Source: Deltaproteobacteria bacterium (GTDB lineage Bacteria; Myxococcota; Kuafuiibacteriia; Kuafuiibacteriales; Kuafuiibacteriaceae). From it: 64,000 nt of DNA. The notes under the pieces were generated by a model. That model searched no databases. It worked only from the letters and a program-made list of their open reading frames with translations, and was not told the origin of the DNA. The position numbers and the translations under genes were made by a program. The stretch covers positions 416,001 to 480,000 of the forward strand of contig JAVJQW010000011.1 of assembly GCA_040218735.1 (NCBI GenBank), read 5' to 3'. Below are positions 36,946-46,939 of this stretch, one piece after another. Position 1 is the stretch's first letter. Each line of letters opens with the position of its first letter.

Positions 36946-38301
36946 TCAGGCGATGCCGGGCAGCGGCCCGGTGCAGCGCTCGTTCCAACCGAAGCAGGTG
37001 GCCGGGTTGCCGAACAGGTTGAGGATCGACGTGAACAGGTCGCCCGTCGTCCGCCCGGGGAACTTGAGGTAGCGCCCGGTCTGCAGGCGCCCGCCGAGCC
37101 CGCCCGCGAGGATGATCGGTAGGTCCATCGTGTTGTGGGCGTCGCCCTCGCCGAAGTCGCTGATCCACAGCACGAGGCTGTTCTCGAGGAGCGAGGCATT
37201 ACCGTCGGTCGTCGTCGCCATCCGCTGGAGCAGGAGCGCGAACATCTGCGTGTACCAGGTCATCGCCGCGACCATCGCGTCGCGCCCGCCGATGTTCCGC
37301 GCCTCGTGGATCATCGTGTGCCAGTTCGACCAGCGCCCCGGGATGTTCACACCGAGCCACGGGAAGCGAGGCCCCTCGGTGTTCGTGAACTGCAGCGTGA
37401 CGACGCGGGTCAGATCACACGACAGCGACATCACCGCTTCCTCGATGAGGATGTCGGCCGAGACGTCGTCGAAGTCCGACGCCTCCGGGTTGTAGTTCCC
37501 GGGGAGCGAGACGGTCGGCGGCGAACACGCACGGCCGCCGCTGTAGATGCGCTGCTCCAGCTCGCGGACCTTGTCGGTGTGCGCTTCGAGCCGCAGGCGA
37601 TCGGCGCGCCCCATGCGGGACGAGAGCCCCTCGTAGCTCTGGCGCACGACGTCGAGGACGCTGCCGCGTTTGTTTCGGATCTTCGCGATCGGCGTCTCGT
37701 TGTTGCCCGCCACCTCCGCGAACAAGCGGTCGAAGAGCTCCCGCGGATCCGCGGTGCCGATCACCGGGTCGTTGCGCCCCGCCGAGAAGATCTGCGCCTG
37801 GCCAATCTCCCGGCCGCCGATCATGAAGTCGATCGTCTTGAAGCGCCGGCTCGCGCTGATGTCGTTCGCGATGACTTGCTCGATCGACGGGCCGCCCGCG
37901 AGGCCGTCGTCGCGCTGCTGCGACTGCGGGAGGAGGCTCCCGTCGGCCGTTAGGTTCTCGTGGTACGGCATACACGTCATCAGCGTGCGCGCCGCGGAGT
38001 TGTGGCCGTCGGAGAGCGCGTTGAGCGGCGCGACGACGTTCGACACGCCGTCGATGATGTTGAGCTGATCGCGGAACGGCTCGAGCGGCGCGAGGATGTC
38101 GTGCAGGACGAAGTCACGCTCGCCGCCCGTGGGCCGCCAGGCGTCCATGATCATCCCCATCGGATGCTGGAACACGACGAGCCGCTGCGGGGCGCCCGCC
38201 TGGGCGTACGCTTCACCTCGGGTCAGCTCCAGAAACGGCAGCGCGAGCGCTGCGCTCCCGAACGATTTCAGCAGGGTGCGCCGATCGATGCCCTTCGCCA
38301 C
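36946..38301 (-). CDS. DUF1552 domain protein (Tat)
   Basis: DRRTLL; LALPFLE; PQRLV; GPSIEQVIA; SVLDVV; CDLTRVVT; SLLENSLV; AHN..DLP. Confidence 0.88.
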   Translation of the reverse strand: MAKGIDRRTLLKSFGSAALALPFLELTRGEAYAQAGAPQRLVVFQHPMGMIMDAWRPTGGERDFVLHDILAPLEPFRDQLNIIDGVSNVVAPLNALSDGHNSAARTLMTCMPYHENLTADGSLLPQSQQRDDGLAGGPSIEQVIANDISASRRFKTIDFMIGGREIGQAQIFSAGRNDPVIGTADPRELFDRLFAEVAGNNETPIAKIRNKRGSVLDVVRQSYEGLSSRMGRADRLRLEAHTDKVRELEQRIYSGGRACSPPTVSLPGNYNPEASDFDDVSADILIEEAVMSLSCDLTRVVTLQFTNTEGPRFPWLGVNIPGRWSNWHTMIHEARNIGGRDAMVAAMTWYTQMFALLLQRMATTTDGNASLLENSLVLWISDFGEGDAHNTMDLPIILAGGLGGRLQTGRYLKFPGRTTGDLFTSILNLFGNPATCFGWNERCTGPLPGIA

Positions 38302-38349
38302 GATGACGGAATCGACGTTAATTCCATCCTTAGAAGCCTGACAAGGGGC

Positions 38350-40434
38350 TCAGCGCCACCCGCGCCGCCGCCGCTGTCGGTCATAGTCACACACACCTTC
38401 GGCGAAGGTGTTCCGCAGGTCGGCGAGCTGCGCGGGGCTGAACGCGACAGAGCCGTACACGCCGCCCGCGATCGCCTCGTCGACCGTCTGCAGCGCGCAC
38501 TTGAAGACGTCCCCGGCCATGCCGTCGCCCGCCACCGTGCGCGACGAGCCGTTGAGGGGATACGCGGTCGTGCACGGCCCCGCCGGCCCGCCATCGAGGA
38601 TCCCCGACCAGGCCGTGGGACCGAACCCGATCGGCGCGCCGGCCGCGTCGAAACACGCGTCCTGGAACAGCGCGGGGCGCTGGCCGGTCGTGAGGTACTC
38701 GTCGAGGACCTGGATCGCGAGCACCGCCTTCGCGCCGAAGTCGGCCTCGTTCTCCGTGAACCAGATGACCTGATTGTCCGCGTTGCCGTCGTGGTCGAGC
38801 ATCCGCTGCCGCGCCGAGAAGCTCTGCCGCGCGTTGTGCATGTCGAGCACCGGGTCGAGGTACGGGCGCAGGTCGATCACCGGCATGCGCAGCCGCCCCC
38901 GGAAGACGTGGCCCGAGGTGAACGCGCGACGGATCGTGCGGCGGTCGCCGACCGAGCGCGGCGCCGGAACGCCAAAGCGACATGCGACCGGGTCCCGCGT
39001 CATGTTCGCGGAGTCGAACGGGTCGGAGAGGTCGAACGGCCACGGCGTGAACTGGTCCTGTGACTTCCAGCCGCCCACACACCGGTTGATGCGGAGGAAC
39101 TCGTCCGCCGTGATGTCGCCGTCGAGAAGCGCGCCGAGGCCGTACTGAACGCCGACGTTGTCGTACGGCGTCGGCGCGAACCCATCCGGGCCCGTGGTGC
39201 CGTAGATGTTTTCGAGGTCGTTCCAGTGCGTCCACCGGATGTCGTCGATGACCGACGCGGGGTAGCCGTAGAACTGAAGCGCCGCGAAGTACTGCGGGTC
39301 GGCGGTGCGTGGGTTGTGCGCGGTGGGTTCGGCGAAGAACCAACCTTCGATGCACTCCGAGCTCCCGGGGACCCCCGTCAGACTGTTGATCACCGTGTCG
39401 CTGGAGTTGAGCCCCTCGATGAGTCGGTGGTTACTCCACGTCGCCCACATGGACGTCGGGTCGAGCGTGGCTTCCTCGAGGAAGTATTGCTCGAGGAGGT
39501 TGCAGTCGAGGATGTGGATCGTCTGCGTGACCATGTCCGGGTACGCGTAGGCGGGCACGCCGGCGTCGAAGAGCCCGGGGCGGTTCTGACCGAAGACGTA
39601 CTGTTGGATGCCGCCGCCCGAGCCACCGATCGAGATGGTGTAATCAGGCCGACCGTAGGTCGCGGTGAAGTGCCGCTTCACCATCAGCGCGGTCTCCTCC
39701 GCGAGCTCGAGGTTGTAGTGGGTCGCGGTCGTGTTCCCCGACGAAGTCATGATCGCGTAGCCGCCCTGCAGCATCGCCGCGAACAGGCCACGCTCCGCGG
39801 AAGACAGGCCGCCATGCCAGAACGCTTCGCCCTGCCAGTGCCCGATGCCGACGCCACCGCCGAGGTAATAGATGGCCTTTTGGTTCCACGCGGAGTTGTT
39901 CAGCGTGGACGGGCGCGCGAGGGACTCGGGGAACGGCGCGAGCATCGCGATGTTGTAGACGAACCGATTGATCGTCCCCGTCTCGACCCGCACCACGAAG
40001 GGCACGAGTGTCTCCCCGACCGGAAACTGCACGAGGTCCTCGGGTGGGTTGGTCGCGTCGTAGATTCGGAAGCGTCCGTCCGTGGCGAGGTAGAAGTAGT
40101 CGACGCGCGTATCGATGCTGCAGTCGGCGCTGTAACCGACGACCCCGCTGGTGGGTACGCCCTCCACGGCGTAAACCGCGTTGCCGAGCCCGTCTTGGTT
40201 GTCGACGTTCGGCTGACCGAGCCCCGCCTCCGACGTGGAGCAGAGGAATGGGTACTGTTGGGGCCCGGAGAAGAGCGGACCGGTCGGACCTTCATCGCCG
40301 ATCCAGAAGCGGTAGCGCCCTCGCGCCCCCCCGCCGTGCAGCGCGCTCTGTTCGGCGTCGATGTCGGTGACCTCGGGCGCGCACGCCGCGAGTCCGAGCG
40401 TAGTCAGGAGACCGGCTCCACGAATCAAATTCAT
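38350..40434 (-). CDS. DUF6351-like (tannase-related alpha/beta hydrolase) lipoprotein
   Basis: LAAC; RVETGTINRFVY; GGSGGGIQQY; YDNVGVQYGL; DMH; KCALQ...GVCDY. Confidence 0.8.
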   Translation of the reverse strand: MNLIRGAGLLTTLGLAACAPEVTDIDAEQSALHGGGARGRYRFWIGDEGPTGPLFSGPQQYPFLCSTSEAGLGQPNVDNQDGLGNAVYAVEGVPTSGVVGYSADCSIDTRVDYFYLATDGRFRIYDATNPPEDLVQFPVGETLVPFVVRVETGTINRFVYNIAMLAPFPESLARPSTLNNSAWNQKAIYYLGGGVGIGHWQGEAFWHGGLSSAERGLFAAMLQGGYAIMTSSGNTTATHYNLELAEETALMVKRHFTATYGRPDYTISIGGSGGGIQQYVFGQNRPGLFDAGVPAYAYPDMVTQTIHILDCNLLEQYFLEEATLDPTSMWATWSNHRLIEGLNSSDTVINSLTGVPGSSECIEGWFFAEPTAHNPRTADPQYFAALQFYGYPASVIDDIRWTHWNDLENIYGTTGPDGFAPTPYDNVGVQYGLGALLDGDITADEFLRINRCVGGWKSQDQFTPWPFDLSDPFDSANMTRDPVACRFGVPAPRSVGDRRTIRRAFTSGHVFRGRLRMPVIDLRPYLDPVLDMHNARQSFSARQRMLDHDGNADNQVIWFTENEADFGAKAVLAIQVLDEYLTTGQRPALFQDACFDAAGAPIGFGPTAWSGILDGGPAGPCTTAYPLNGSSRTVAGDGMAGDVFKCALQTVDEAIAGGVYGSVAFSPAQLADLRNTFAEGVCDYDRQRRRRGWR

Positions 40435-40481
40435 GCGGGCCTTTTATCTGAGCCCGAATCCGGATCCCACGTCCGCGATGA

Positions 40482-40498
40482 GTATTCGATTCGAGTAC
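40482..40498. promoter_or_regulatory. Imperfect palindrome, candidate repressor operator
   Basis: GTATTCGA-T-TCGAGTAC (one mismatch) in the AT-richer region upstream of the DUF6351-like gene. Confidence 0.35.
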
Positions 40499-40501
40499 GC
40501 G

Positions 40502-41530
40502 CTACGGCCGCGAATCCGAGTGAGTTTGGAGCCACTCGACGAGCGGGGCGAACACACGTTCGTGACAGGTACGCCCGACGAAGAGATCCGTGTGCGCGTA
40601 CCAGGTGACTTCGTCGCCGACCTCGAGCACGTCCGCGCGCCCGTCGGTCACCTCGCGCACCGAGCGCGCGGCCGACGGCGGGACGATCCCATCCCGGTTC
40701 GCGAGGATGGAGAGGATCGGGACGCGGCTCGCGCGAACACCTTCGGTGACGTTCACACCACCCACCGTGAGATCACGCGACCGCACCCACCTTGCGATCT
40801 GTTCGTTGAGTCGAGCGATCGGATCCTCGACGGTCTGCACGAGACGATCGATCTCCGTGAGATCGACGTGCTCGGTGTTCATGTACACCGACAAGAGCCG
40901 CGGGAACCGCAACGCGATCGGCAGCATCCGTCGCGCCGCCGCGCGGGTCCCCTTCACGCGAACGCGGCCCAGCCAGCCCGGCGCGCCGAGCGCGGCCCTC
41001 AGCACCGGGTGCGGCTTCGCCCAGACGAGCGGCGCGCCGATGCCGACGACCGCGCCGAAGGGAGCGTCGCGGTAGTGCGCCAGGTACGTGTAGAGGAACG
41101 TCCCGCCGAGGCTGCAGCCGATCACGTCGAGCCGCTCGCGACCGGTCGTCGTCCGCGACCGCACGGCGTCGATCGCGGCGTGCAGATCCACGAGCGCGAG
41201 CGCCTCGAACCCCACGTTCCGATCTCCGCCCGTGGAGCGGGTCTCCCCCTGCCCGCGCAGGTTCGCGGTCCACACCTCGAACCCGCGGTTCACGAGGTAC
41301 TCGACGATGGGCTCGCCGCCGGGATGGAACACGAGCGGTGTGGTGTTCATGCAGTAGCCGGGCACGAGCAGCACCGGCCGGCGCACACTCGGCGTCGCAC
41401 CGAGGTACTGGCGCACGTCGAGGAGCCATCCGTCCCCGTTGTTCACGGCGTGTCGGCGGACTTCGATGTCGCGCGGGTAACGCCGCGGCGCGGGGGTGTC
41501 CAGTGAAACGACTTCAGTGATGCAGACCAC
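40502..41530 (-). CDS. Alpha/beta hydrolase
   Basis: PVLLVPG; IGCSLGG (GxSxG); RDGIVP; YAHTDL. Start uncertain. Confidence 0.85.
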   Translation of the reverse strand: MVCITEVVSLDTPAPRRYPRDIEVRRHAVNNGDGWLLDVRQYLGATPSVRRPVLLVPGYCMNTTPLVFHPGGEPIVEYLVNRGFEVWTANLRGQGETRSTGGDRNVGFEALALVDLHAAIDAVRSRTTTGRERLDVIGCSLGGTFLYTYLAHYRDAPFGAVVGIGAPLVWAKPHPVLRAALGAPGWLGRVRVKGTRAAARRMLPIALRFPRLLSVYMNTEHVDLTEIDRLVQTVEDPIARLNEQIARWVRSRDLTVGGVNVTEGVRASRVPILSILANRDGIVPPSAARSVREVTDGRADVLEVGDEVTWYAHTDLFVGRTCHERVFAPLVEWLQTHSDSRP

Positions 41531-41562
41531 CGGCCGAAGTCCTCCCTGGGCGGTATAGTTCG

Positions 41563-42768
41563 ATGGTGAAGCGCTGGTGGATCGCGGGCCTGATGTTCCT
41601 CACGGCCTGCCCGGGCGAGAGCGGACCGACCTTCCTGGGCACCCCCGGGGAGCCCCAGGCGGCGCGGCTCGACAGCAACCTGTTCTTCATGCCGACGCGC
41701 ATCGACGGCCGCGACGCACCGCACCTCCTCGTCGACACCGGCGCACCGACCGTCGTCGTGGACCCGACGCTCGCGGGCGTGGAGCGCGGGTACCAGGAGG
41801 CCGCGTCGTTCGAGATGCTCGGCCTCGAGTACACCGACTTCGGGTACGTCGCCGACACCCTCATCGCCTCGGACATGGGTGACTACATCGCGGGCGGCGT
41901 CATCGGGTGCACCGCGTTCTGCACGTTCGACACGAGCTTCGACTACCGCGCCGAGACCGTGACACTCGCCGGACCGGGCGCGCCGAGCGACACGATCGAG
42001 TCCCACGTGATCGACGTGTCCCTGGAGGGCGGCGGCCTCACGCGCGACCCCGTCACCGACACGACGTTCGAGGTGCCGACGTCCCGCGTGTTGGTCTCGG
42101 CCATCGTCGAAGGACGCCCGCTCACGCTCCTCGTCGACTCGGGCGCGAGTGTCACCGTGCTGCGCGCTGCACTCGTGGAGGAGCTGCTCGCCGACGGGCG
42201 GCCCACGCTGGAAGCGACCGCGAGCGGGATGTTCGGGATGGACCAGTCGATCCTGTTCCGCCTCCGCTCGATGTCGGTCGGCGGCGCGGACGTCCCCGAC
42301 GTGATCGCCGCGCGGAGCGACGGCTTCGAGGGACTCCTCGACGGTATCTCGGAGGAGACCGGCACGACGATCGACGGCGCGCTCGGCGGGACGGCGCTCC
42401 GTGAGTTCCACGTCACCGTCGCGTACGACGCCGAGCAGCTCTTGCTCGACCGCTACCCGAACCGCGACCACGTGCGCGACGAAGCCACGCGGATCGGCAT
42501 CCTCATCGCACAACCCACCGCGACGAACGTCCCGGTCGGCCAGGTGATCGAAGGCAGCGACGCCGAAGCGCAGGGCGTCGCCGTCGGGGACCGCATCGTC
42601 GCGATCGACGGCGTGTCCGTCGCGGGCCTGAGCGTCGGCGAGATCGCGTACCTCCTCGCCGGCACGAAGGGCGCGACGCGGACGGTGCAGTTCGGCTGCG
42701 ACGGGTGCGGCGGCTTCACGGGCACCCGCACCATCGACGTCGACTACGACGTCCTCGAGCTGCCCTGA
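41563..42768 (+). CDS. Two-domain aspartyl protease plus PDZ lipoprotein
   Basis: LLVDTGA and LLVDSGAS catalytic motifs; GALGG; GSDAEAQGVAVGDRIVAIDG (PDZ). Confidence 0.88.
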   Translation: MVKRWWIAGLMFLTACPGESGPTFLGTPGEPQAARLDSNLFFMPTRIDGRDAPHLLVDTGAPTVVVDPTLAGVERGYQEAASFEMLGLEYTDFGYVADTLIASDMGDYIAGGVIGCTAFCTFDTSFDYRAETVTLAGPGAPSDTIESHVIDVSLEGGGLTRDPVTDTTFEVPTSRVLVSAIVEGRPLTLLVDSGASVTVLRAALVEELLADGRPTLEATASGMFGMDQSILFRLRSMSVGGADVPDVIAARSDGFEGLLDGISEETGTTIDGALGGTALREFHVTVAYDAEQLLLDRYPNRDHVRDEATRIGILIAQPTATNVPVGQVIEGSDAEAQGVAVGDRIVAIDGVSVAGLSVGEIAYLLAGTKGATRTVQFGCDGCGGFTGTRTIDVDYDVLELP

Positions 42769-42828
42769 CCCCGCCCCGTCCCCGCAGGCAGGTTTGCCCG
42801 GATCGCGGGTTCACGCTAGATCGCGGGG

Positions 42829-44145
42829 ATGCATCGGCTCGTGGTCGGCGCCGCGCTCGCTTCGGTGATGCTCTCCTCCGCGGGGTTCGCCGAGGAGCGC
42901 GCGATCATCGCGGTGTTCCCGATCGAGGATCGCACCGAGACGATCCCCGACAAGGAGGTCTCGCAGCTCACCGACTACTTCGGCGTGAAGATCGCCGAGA
43001 CCGGCCGATTCATCGTCGTCCCGCAGGCGGACCTCGAGAAGGCGCTGAAGGCCGCGAAGGTCGCGTCGTACAAGTCGTGTGTCGACGAGAGCTGCCAGAT
43101 CGAGATCGGCAAGGAGCTCGCCGCGCAGAAGGTGTTGCGCACGCAGATCGTCCAGGTCGGTGATCAGTGCGCCGTGACCGCGACGCTCTACGACCTGCGC
43201 ATCGCCGCCACGGAAAAGGCCGCGTCGGTGAAGGGCGCCTGCAACAGCAACGCGTTCGTCGCGTCGCTGGAGCAGACCACGACGAAGCTCGCGGGAACGG
43301 ATGCCCCCGAACCTGTCGCGAAGGCGGCGCCGCCACCACCCCCCGCGCCGAAGCCCGCGACCTGGTCGCTGCGCGTGGACGCCGCCCCCGAGGGCGCCGA
43401 CGTCCTCGTCTCGGGGCGCCGGGTGGGCAGCGCGCCGCAGACGGTGAAGGTCCCGAAGGACGGCGCCGTCGAGCTCGCGGTCGAGGCCGAGGGGTTCGAG
43501 CCGTACACCGAGACGGTTCGCCTCGACCGGGACGAGCGACGCAACGTCGCGCTGCGCATGACGGCGGCGCGCAAACGCGCACGGACGGAGTGGTTCGGCG
43601 TGTCCCTCGCGGGCGGCCTCGGCCTGTCCGGTGCGATCGATCTCGGGGCGTGGATCCGCCTCTTCAACATGCACTTCGGGAGCCTGACGCTCACGCCGCT
43701 GGACGCGTTCTTCGGCGTCTCGCTCGCGAGCCACACGACCGCGAGCAACTGCCCCGACGCGGGCACATACCTCTGCGAGGAAGGCGTCGGCGCACCGCAC
43801 TTCGTGGTCGGTCCGCGGTTCGGCTACAAGCTCACGTTCGCCGACGACCACAACCTGGAGTTCTCGCTGGGCGCCGCGTTGATGGCCGTCATCGGGAGCG
43901 ACGACGACTACCTCGGCCCCGCGATCGGCCCGTCGATCCGGTACCTGCACATCGGCGACGGTGCGTTCTCCTGGGGCATCGGGATCCGCGGCCTGATCCC
44001 CGTGCTTCCGAAGTCCTGCGACGGCGTCCTCGCGGACGAGGAACAGCTCAGCAACAGCGGCGGCGCTATCGCGGTCTACGCGCAATGCGCGAACGCCCAG
44101 CCGTACTTCATTCAGCTCGAGGTTCCGCTCGGAGGGTACTTCTGA
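42829..44145 (+). CDS. Secreted protein: CsgG/TolB-N-like module, PEGA domain, beta-barrel-like C-terminus
   Basis: SYKSCVDESCQIEIGKELAA; PEGADVLVSG...AEGFEP; terminal aromatic residues (GGYF). Confidence 0.8.
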   Translation: MHRLVVGAALASVMLSSAGFAEERAIIAVFPIEDRTETIPDKEVSQLTDYFGVKIAETGRFIVVPQADLEKALKAAKVASYKSCVDESCQIEIGKELAAQKVLRTQIVQVGDQCAVTATLYDLRIAATEKAASVKGACNSNAFVASLEQTTTKLAGTDAPEPVAKAAPPPPPAPKPATWSLRVDAAPEGADVLVSGRRVGSAPQTVKVPKDGAVELAVEAEGFEPYTETVRLDRDERRNVALRMTAARKRARTEWFGVSLAGGLGLSGAIDLGAWIRLFNMHFGSLTLTPLDAFFGVSLASHTTASNCPDAGTYLCEEGVGAPHFVVGPRFGYKLTFADDHNLEFSLGAALMAVIGSDDDYLGPAIGPSIRYLHIGDGAFSWGIGIRGLIPVLPKSCDGVLADEEQLSNSGGAIAVYAQCANAQPYFIQLEVPLGGYF

Positions 44146-44633
44146 TGTCGGCCCTGACCCGCACCACCGCCGTCTTCGCCGCGGGGCTCACGTTCGCGTG
44201 CGCGCCGGTCGAGTTCGACTACGTCGACTACGAGCAGACGAACAACCAGCACGACTGGGACTGCCCCAACGACACCTTCAGGTACGAGATGGGCGGCAGC
44301 TCGGTCGTCGGCGAAGAGTATCAGCGGTCACTGACGTGCATGGGCCTCACGACACGTTGCCCGAACCTGAGCATGGGGGAGTTCGAGCCCGGCAGCCCCG
44401 AGTGCGAAGAGGCCGTGAACAACGTCTTCCTCGGGACGTGCGTCGAGGACTTCTTCGCCGCGTTCGACCCGGCGGGCGCGTGCACGTTCGAGGACGGCGT
44501 CACGAGCTGGGCGAACGGAGCGCGCTGGGAGGGCGACCGACCGAACGGCATCGCCTACGACTCGGCCGGGGAGGTCGCGTTCATCGTGACCAGCTCCGGG
44601 ATCCTCGAGTTCCGCTACGCACGACCGCGCTGA
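44145..44633 (+). CDS. Hypothetical Cys-rich lipoprotein
   Basis: ATG overlaps the previous stop (TGATG); TFAC lipobox. Confidence 0.7.
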   Translation: MSALTRTTAVFAAGLTFACAPVEFDYVDYEQTNNQHDWDCPNDTFRYEMGGSSVVGEEYQRSLTCMGLTTRCPNLSMGEFEPGSPECEEAVNNVFLGTCVEDFFAAFDPAGACTFEDGVTSWANGARWEGDRPNGIAYDSAGEVAFIVTSSGILEFRYARPR

Positions 44634-44679
44634 CGCGGCCTGCCCCGAGCGCACCTGGACCTGGTAGCCTCCGGGCGCT

Positions 44680-46884
44680 TTGGACGAGACGCCCATCCTC
44701 GGTCGAGACCTTGTGGACTCGACCAACGTCGCGATCGTGCACCTGGATCGCGGCGCCGACCCGGCGGAGCTCGAACGTCTCGTCGCGACGTTCCCCGACG
44801 CAAACGTCGTCGCGTTCGACGGGCGCGCCGAGGCCGTCCTCGCCGCGCGCGCGCTCGACCACGACGTCGTGCTCATGGCGCACGACGCGCGCAAGCTGAC
44901 GCTCCTCGCGTTCCTCGCCGGCGCGCGGAAGGTGCTGCTCTACAAGGGCGGCCGAATCGCCGAGGTCGAGCCCGCGCGCTTCCTCGCCGACCGCGCACCG
45001 TTCGTCGCGGCCGGGCAGCACCTGCGGCGCCTGAAGGCCTCCGCCGGGTACGCGTCGGTGACGCCGAGCCACCCGCAGCGGTTCTACGTCGTGTCCTGCG
45101 CGCGCAACGCAGGCGCCGCGGCCCTGCGCTGCCTCGACTCCGTGCACGCGCAGACCCACCCCGCGGATCGCATCGAGCACGTCTACCTCGACGACGCCTC
45201 GACCGACGACACCCGCGCGCAGATCCGCGGTTGGCTCGGCACGCACCCGAACCATCGTGTCACCTACGTCGAGACGGCCGAGCGTCGCGGCGGGACGAAG
45301 AACACGCTGGAGCTGTTCCGCGCGGCGCCGCTCGGATCGATCGTCGTCGAGCTCAACGGCGACGACTGGTTCTTCGACGAGGGCGTCCTCGCGCACCTCG
45401 ACACCATCTACGCCGACCCCTCGGTGTGGATGACGTACAACTCCAGCACGTTCGCCGATGGACGGCTTCGCCACCTGAACCGCCCCTACCCCGAAGCGAC
45501 CGTGCGCGACGCGAGCTACCGCGAGGACGACTGGTACGCGGGGAGCGTGCGCACCTTCCGCGCCGAGCTGTTCTCCCACGTCGCCGACGACGAGCTGGTC
45601 GATCCCGCCACCGGCACGTGGTGGGAGAGCGCCGACGACATGGTCATCTACCTCGCGCTCCTCGAGCTGTCCGGCGGACACGCGCGACACGTCGAGCGCC
45701 CGACCTACGTCTACAACCACCGCGAGGACTCCGAGGATCGACGCGACCTCTCGGGCGGTCGCAAACGCGGCGAGCGCATCCGCGCGATGCCGCGGCACGA
45801 GCCGCTCGCGCGGTTGTCCTCGCGCCCCCGCGACACTCGCGCCGGGCCGCTCGTGTCGGTGCTGATGCCGGCCTATAACGCGGAGCCGTACGTCGAGGCG
45901 GCGATCGGGAGCATCCTCGACCAGACCTACGATCACCTTCAGCTCGTGTTCGTCGACGACGGCTCGACCGACGACACCCACGCGATCGCGCGGCGCCTCG
46001 CGGACGCGGACGGGCGCATCACGATCGTGCAGAAGGAGAACGCGGGCCTCGTCGCCGCGCTCAACCGCGGCCTCGAACACACCGAGGGCGAGCTGATCGC
46101 ACGCATGGACGCCGACGACGTCTGCGCGCCCGACCGCCTCGCGCGACAGGTCGAGTTCCTCGGCCGACACCCGGAGGTCGGCGTCGTGGGGAGCTGGGTC
46201 GAGCGCATCGACGGCGCCGGGCACCCCCTCGAAGAGACCTGGGAGACGCCGCTCACCGGCGGGGTCATCGGGTGGCACCTGTTCTTCGAGAGCCCGCTCG
46301 CGCACGGCGCGGTGACGATGCGGCGCCACCTCATCGATCGGATCGGCGGCTACGATCCCGACGCTCCACACGTCGAGGACTTCGCGCTGTGGATGCGGCT
46401 CGACACGATCACCGAGCTCGCGAACCTCCCGGAGCGTCTCCTGTCGTTGCGCATCCACGGCGCGCGGGTCGGCGTACGTCACCGCGAGGACCAGCTGCGA
46501 ACGGCCGCGCTCCTGATCGAGCGCCGCGCCGCGGACTACCTGCGTCGGCCCGTCCCACGGGCGATCGCGAGTGACCTGCTCCGACTTCACCGCTGCATCT
46601 TCGACGCCCCCCCGTCGGACGCAACGGCGCTCCTCGACACCCTCCTCGATCTCTTCCACGCCTACGCGGCGGATCGTGGTTTGCTGCCGAGCGAGCGGAA
46701 CGCCGTGCGCTACGACGTCGCGCGCAAGCTGGCTTTCCTCGCGCGGTGGTGTGCGACCTCCCACGCGGCCGTCGCGGCGCGCGCGGCGGCGGAGGCGCTC
46801 CGCATCGACGCCCGCGCGCTCACCGAGCGCTCCGCGCGACGCGCCCTCCGCGAGGCGCGGCACCGCCTCCCTCGAATGTTGTGA
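44680..46884 (+). CDS. Tandem double GT2 glycosyltransferase
   Basis: First domain YLDDASTD, LNGDD, SADD; second VSVLMPAYN, VDDGSTD, RMDADD, VEDF. Confidence 0.9.
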   Translation: MDETPILGRDLVDSTNVAIVHLDRGADPAELERLVATFPDANVVAFDGRAEAVLAARALDHDVVLMAHDARKLTLLAFLAGARKVLLYKGGRIAEVEPARFLADRAPFVAAGQHLRRLKASAGYASVTPSHPQRFYVVSCARNAGAAALRCLDSVHAQTHPADRIEHVYLDDASTDDTRAQIRGWLGTHPNHRVTYVETAERRGGTKNTLELFRAAPLGSIVVELNGDDWFFDEGVLAHLDTIYADPSVWMTYNSSTFADGRLRHLNRPYPEATVRDASYREDDWYAGSVRTFRAELFSHVADDELVDPATGTWWESADDMVIYLALLELSGGHARHVERPTYVYNHREDSEDRRDLSGGRKRGERIRAMPRHEPLARLSSRPRDTRAGPLVSVLMPAYNAEPYVEAAIGSILDQTYDHLQLVFVDDGSTDDTHAIARRLADADGRITIVQKENAGLVAALNRGLEHTEGELIARMDADDVCAPDRLARQVEFLGRHPEVGVVGSWVERIDGAGHPLEETWETPLTGGVIGWHLFFESPLAHGAVTMRRHLIDRIGGYDPDAPHVEDFALWMRLDTITELANLPERLLSLRIHGARVGVRHREDQLRTAALLIERRAADYLRRPVPRAIASDLLRLHRCIFDAPPSDATALLDTLLDLFHAYAADRGLLPSERNAVRYDVARKLAFLARWCATSHAAVAARAAAEALRIDARALTERSARRALREARHRLPRML

Positions 46885-46939
46885 GCGTGGATTCGGATCG
46901 CATAGAGTCGGCGCCGTCGTGACGGGTGGCTACACCGAG

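Noticed and set aside
40502-41530. PHA synthase (phaC) call
   Set aside because: The nucleophile elbow is GCSLG (Ser), not the GxCxG of PhaC, and there is no phaE nearby.
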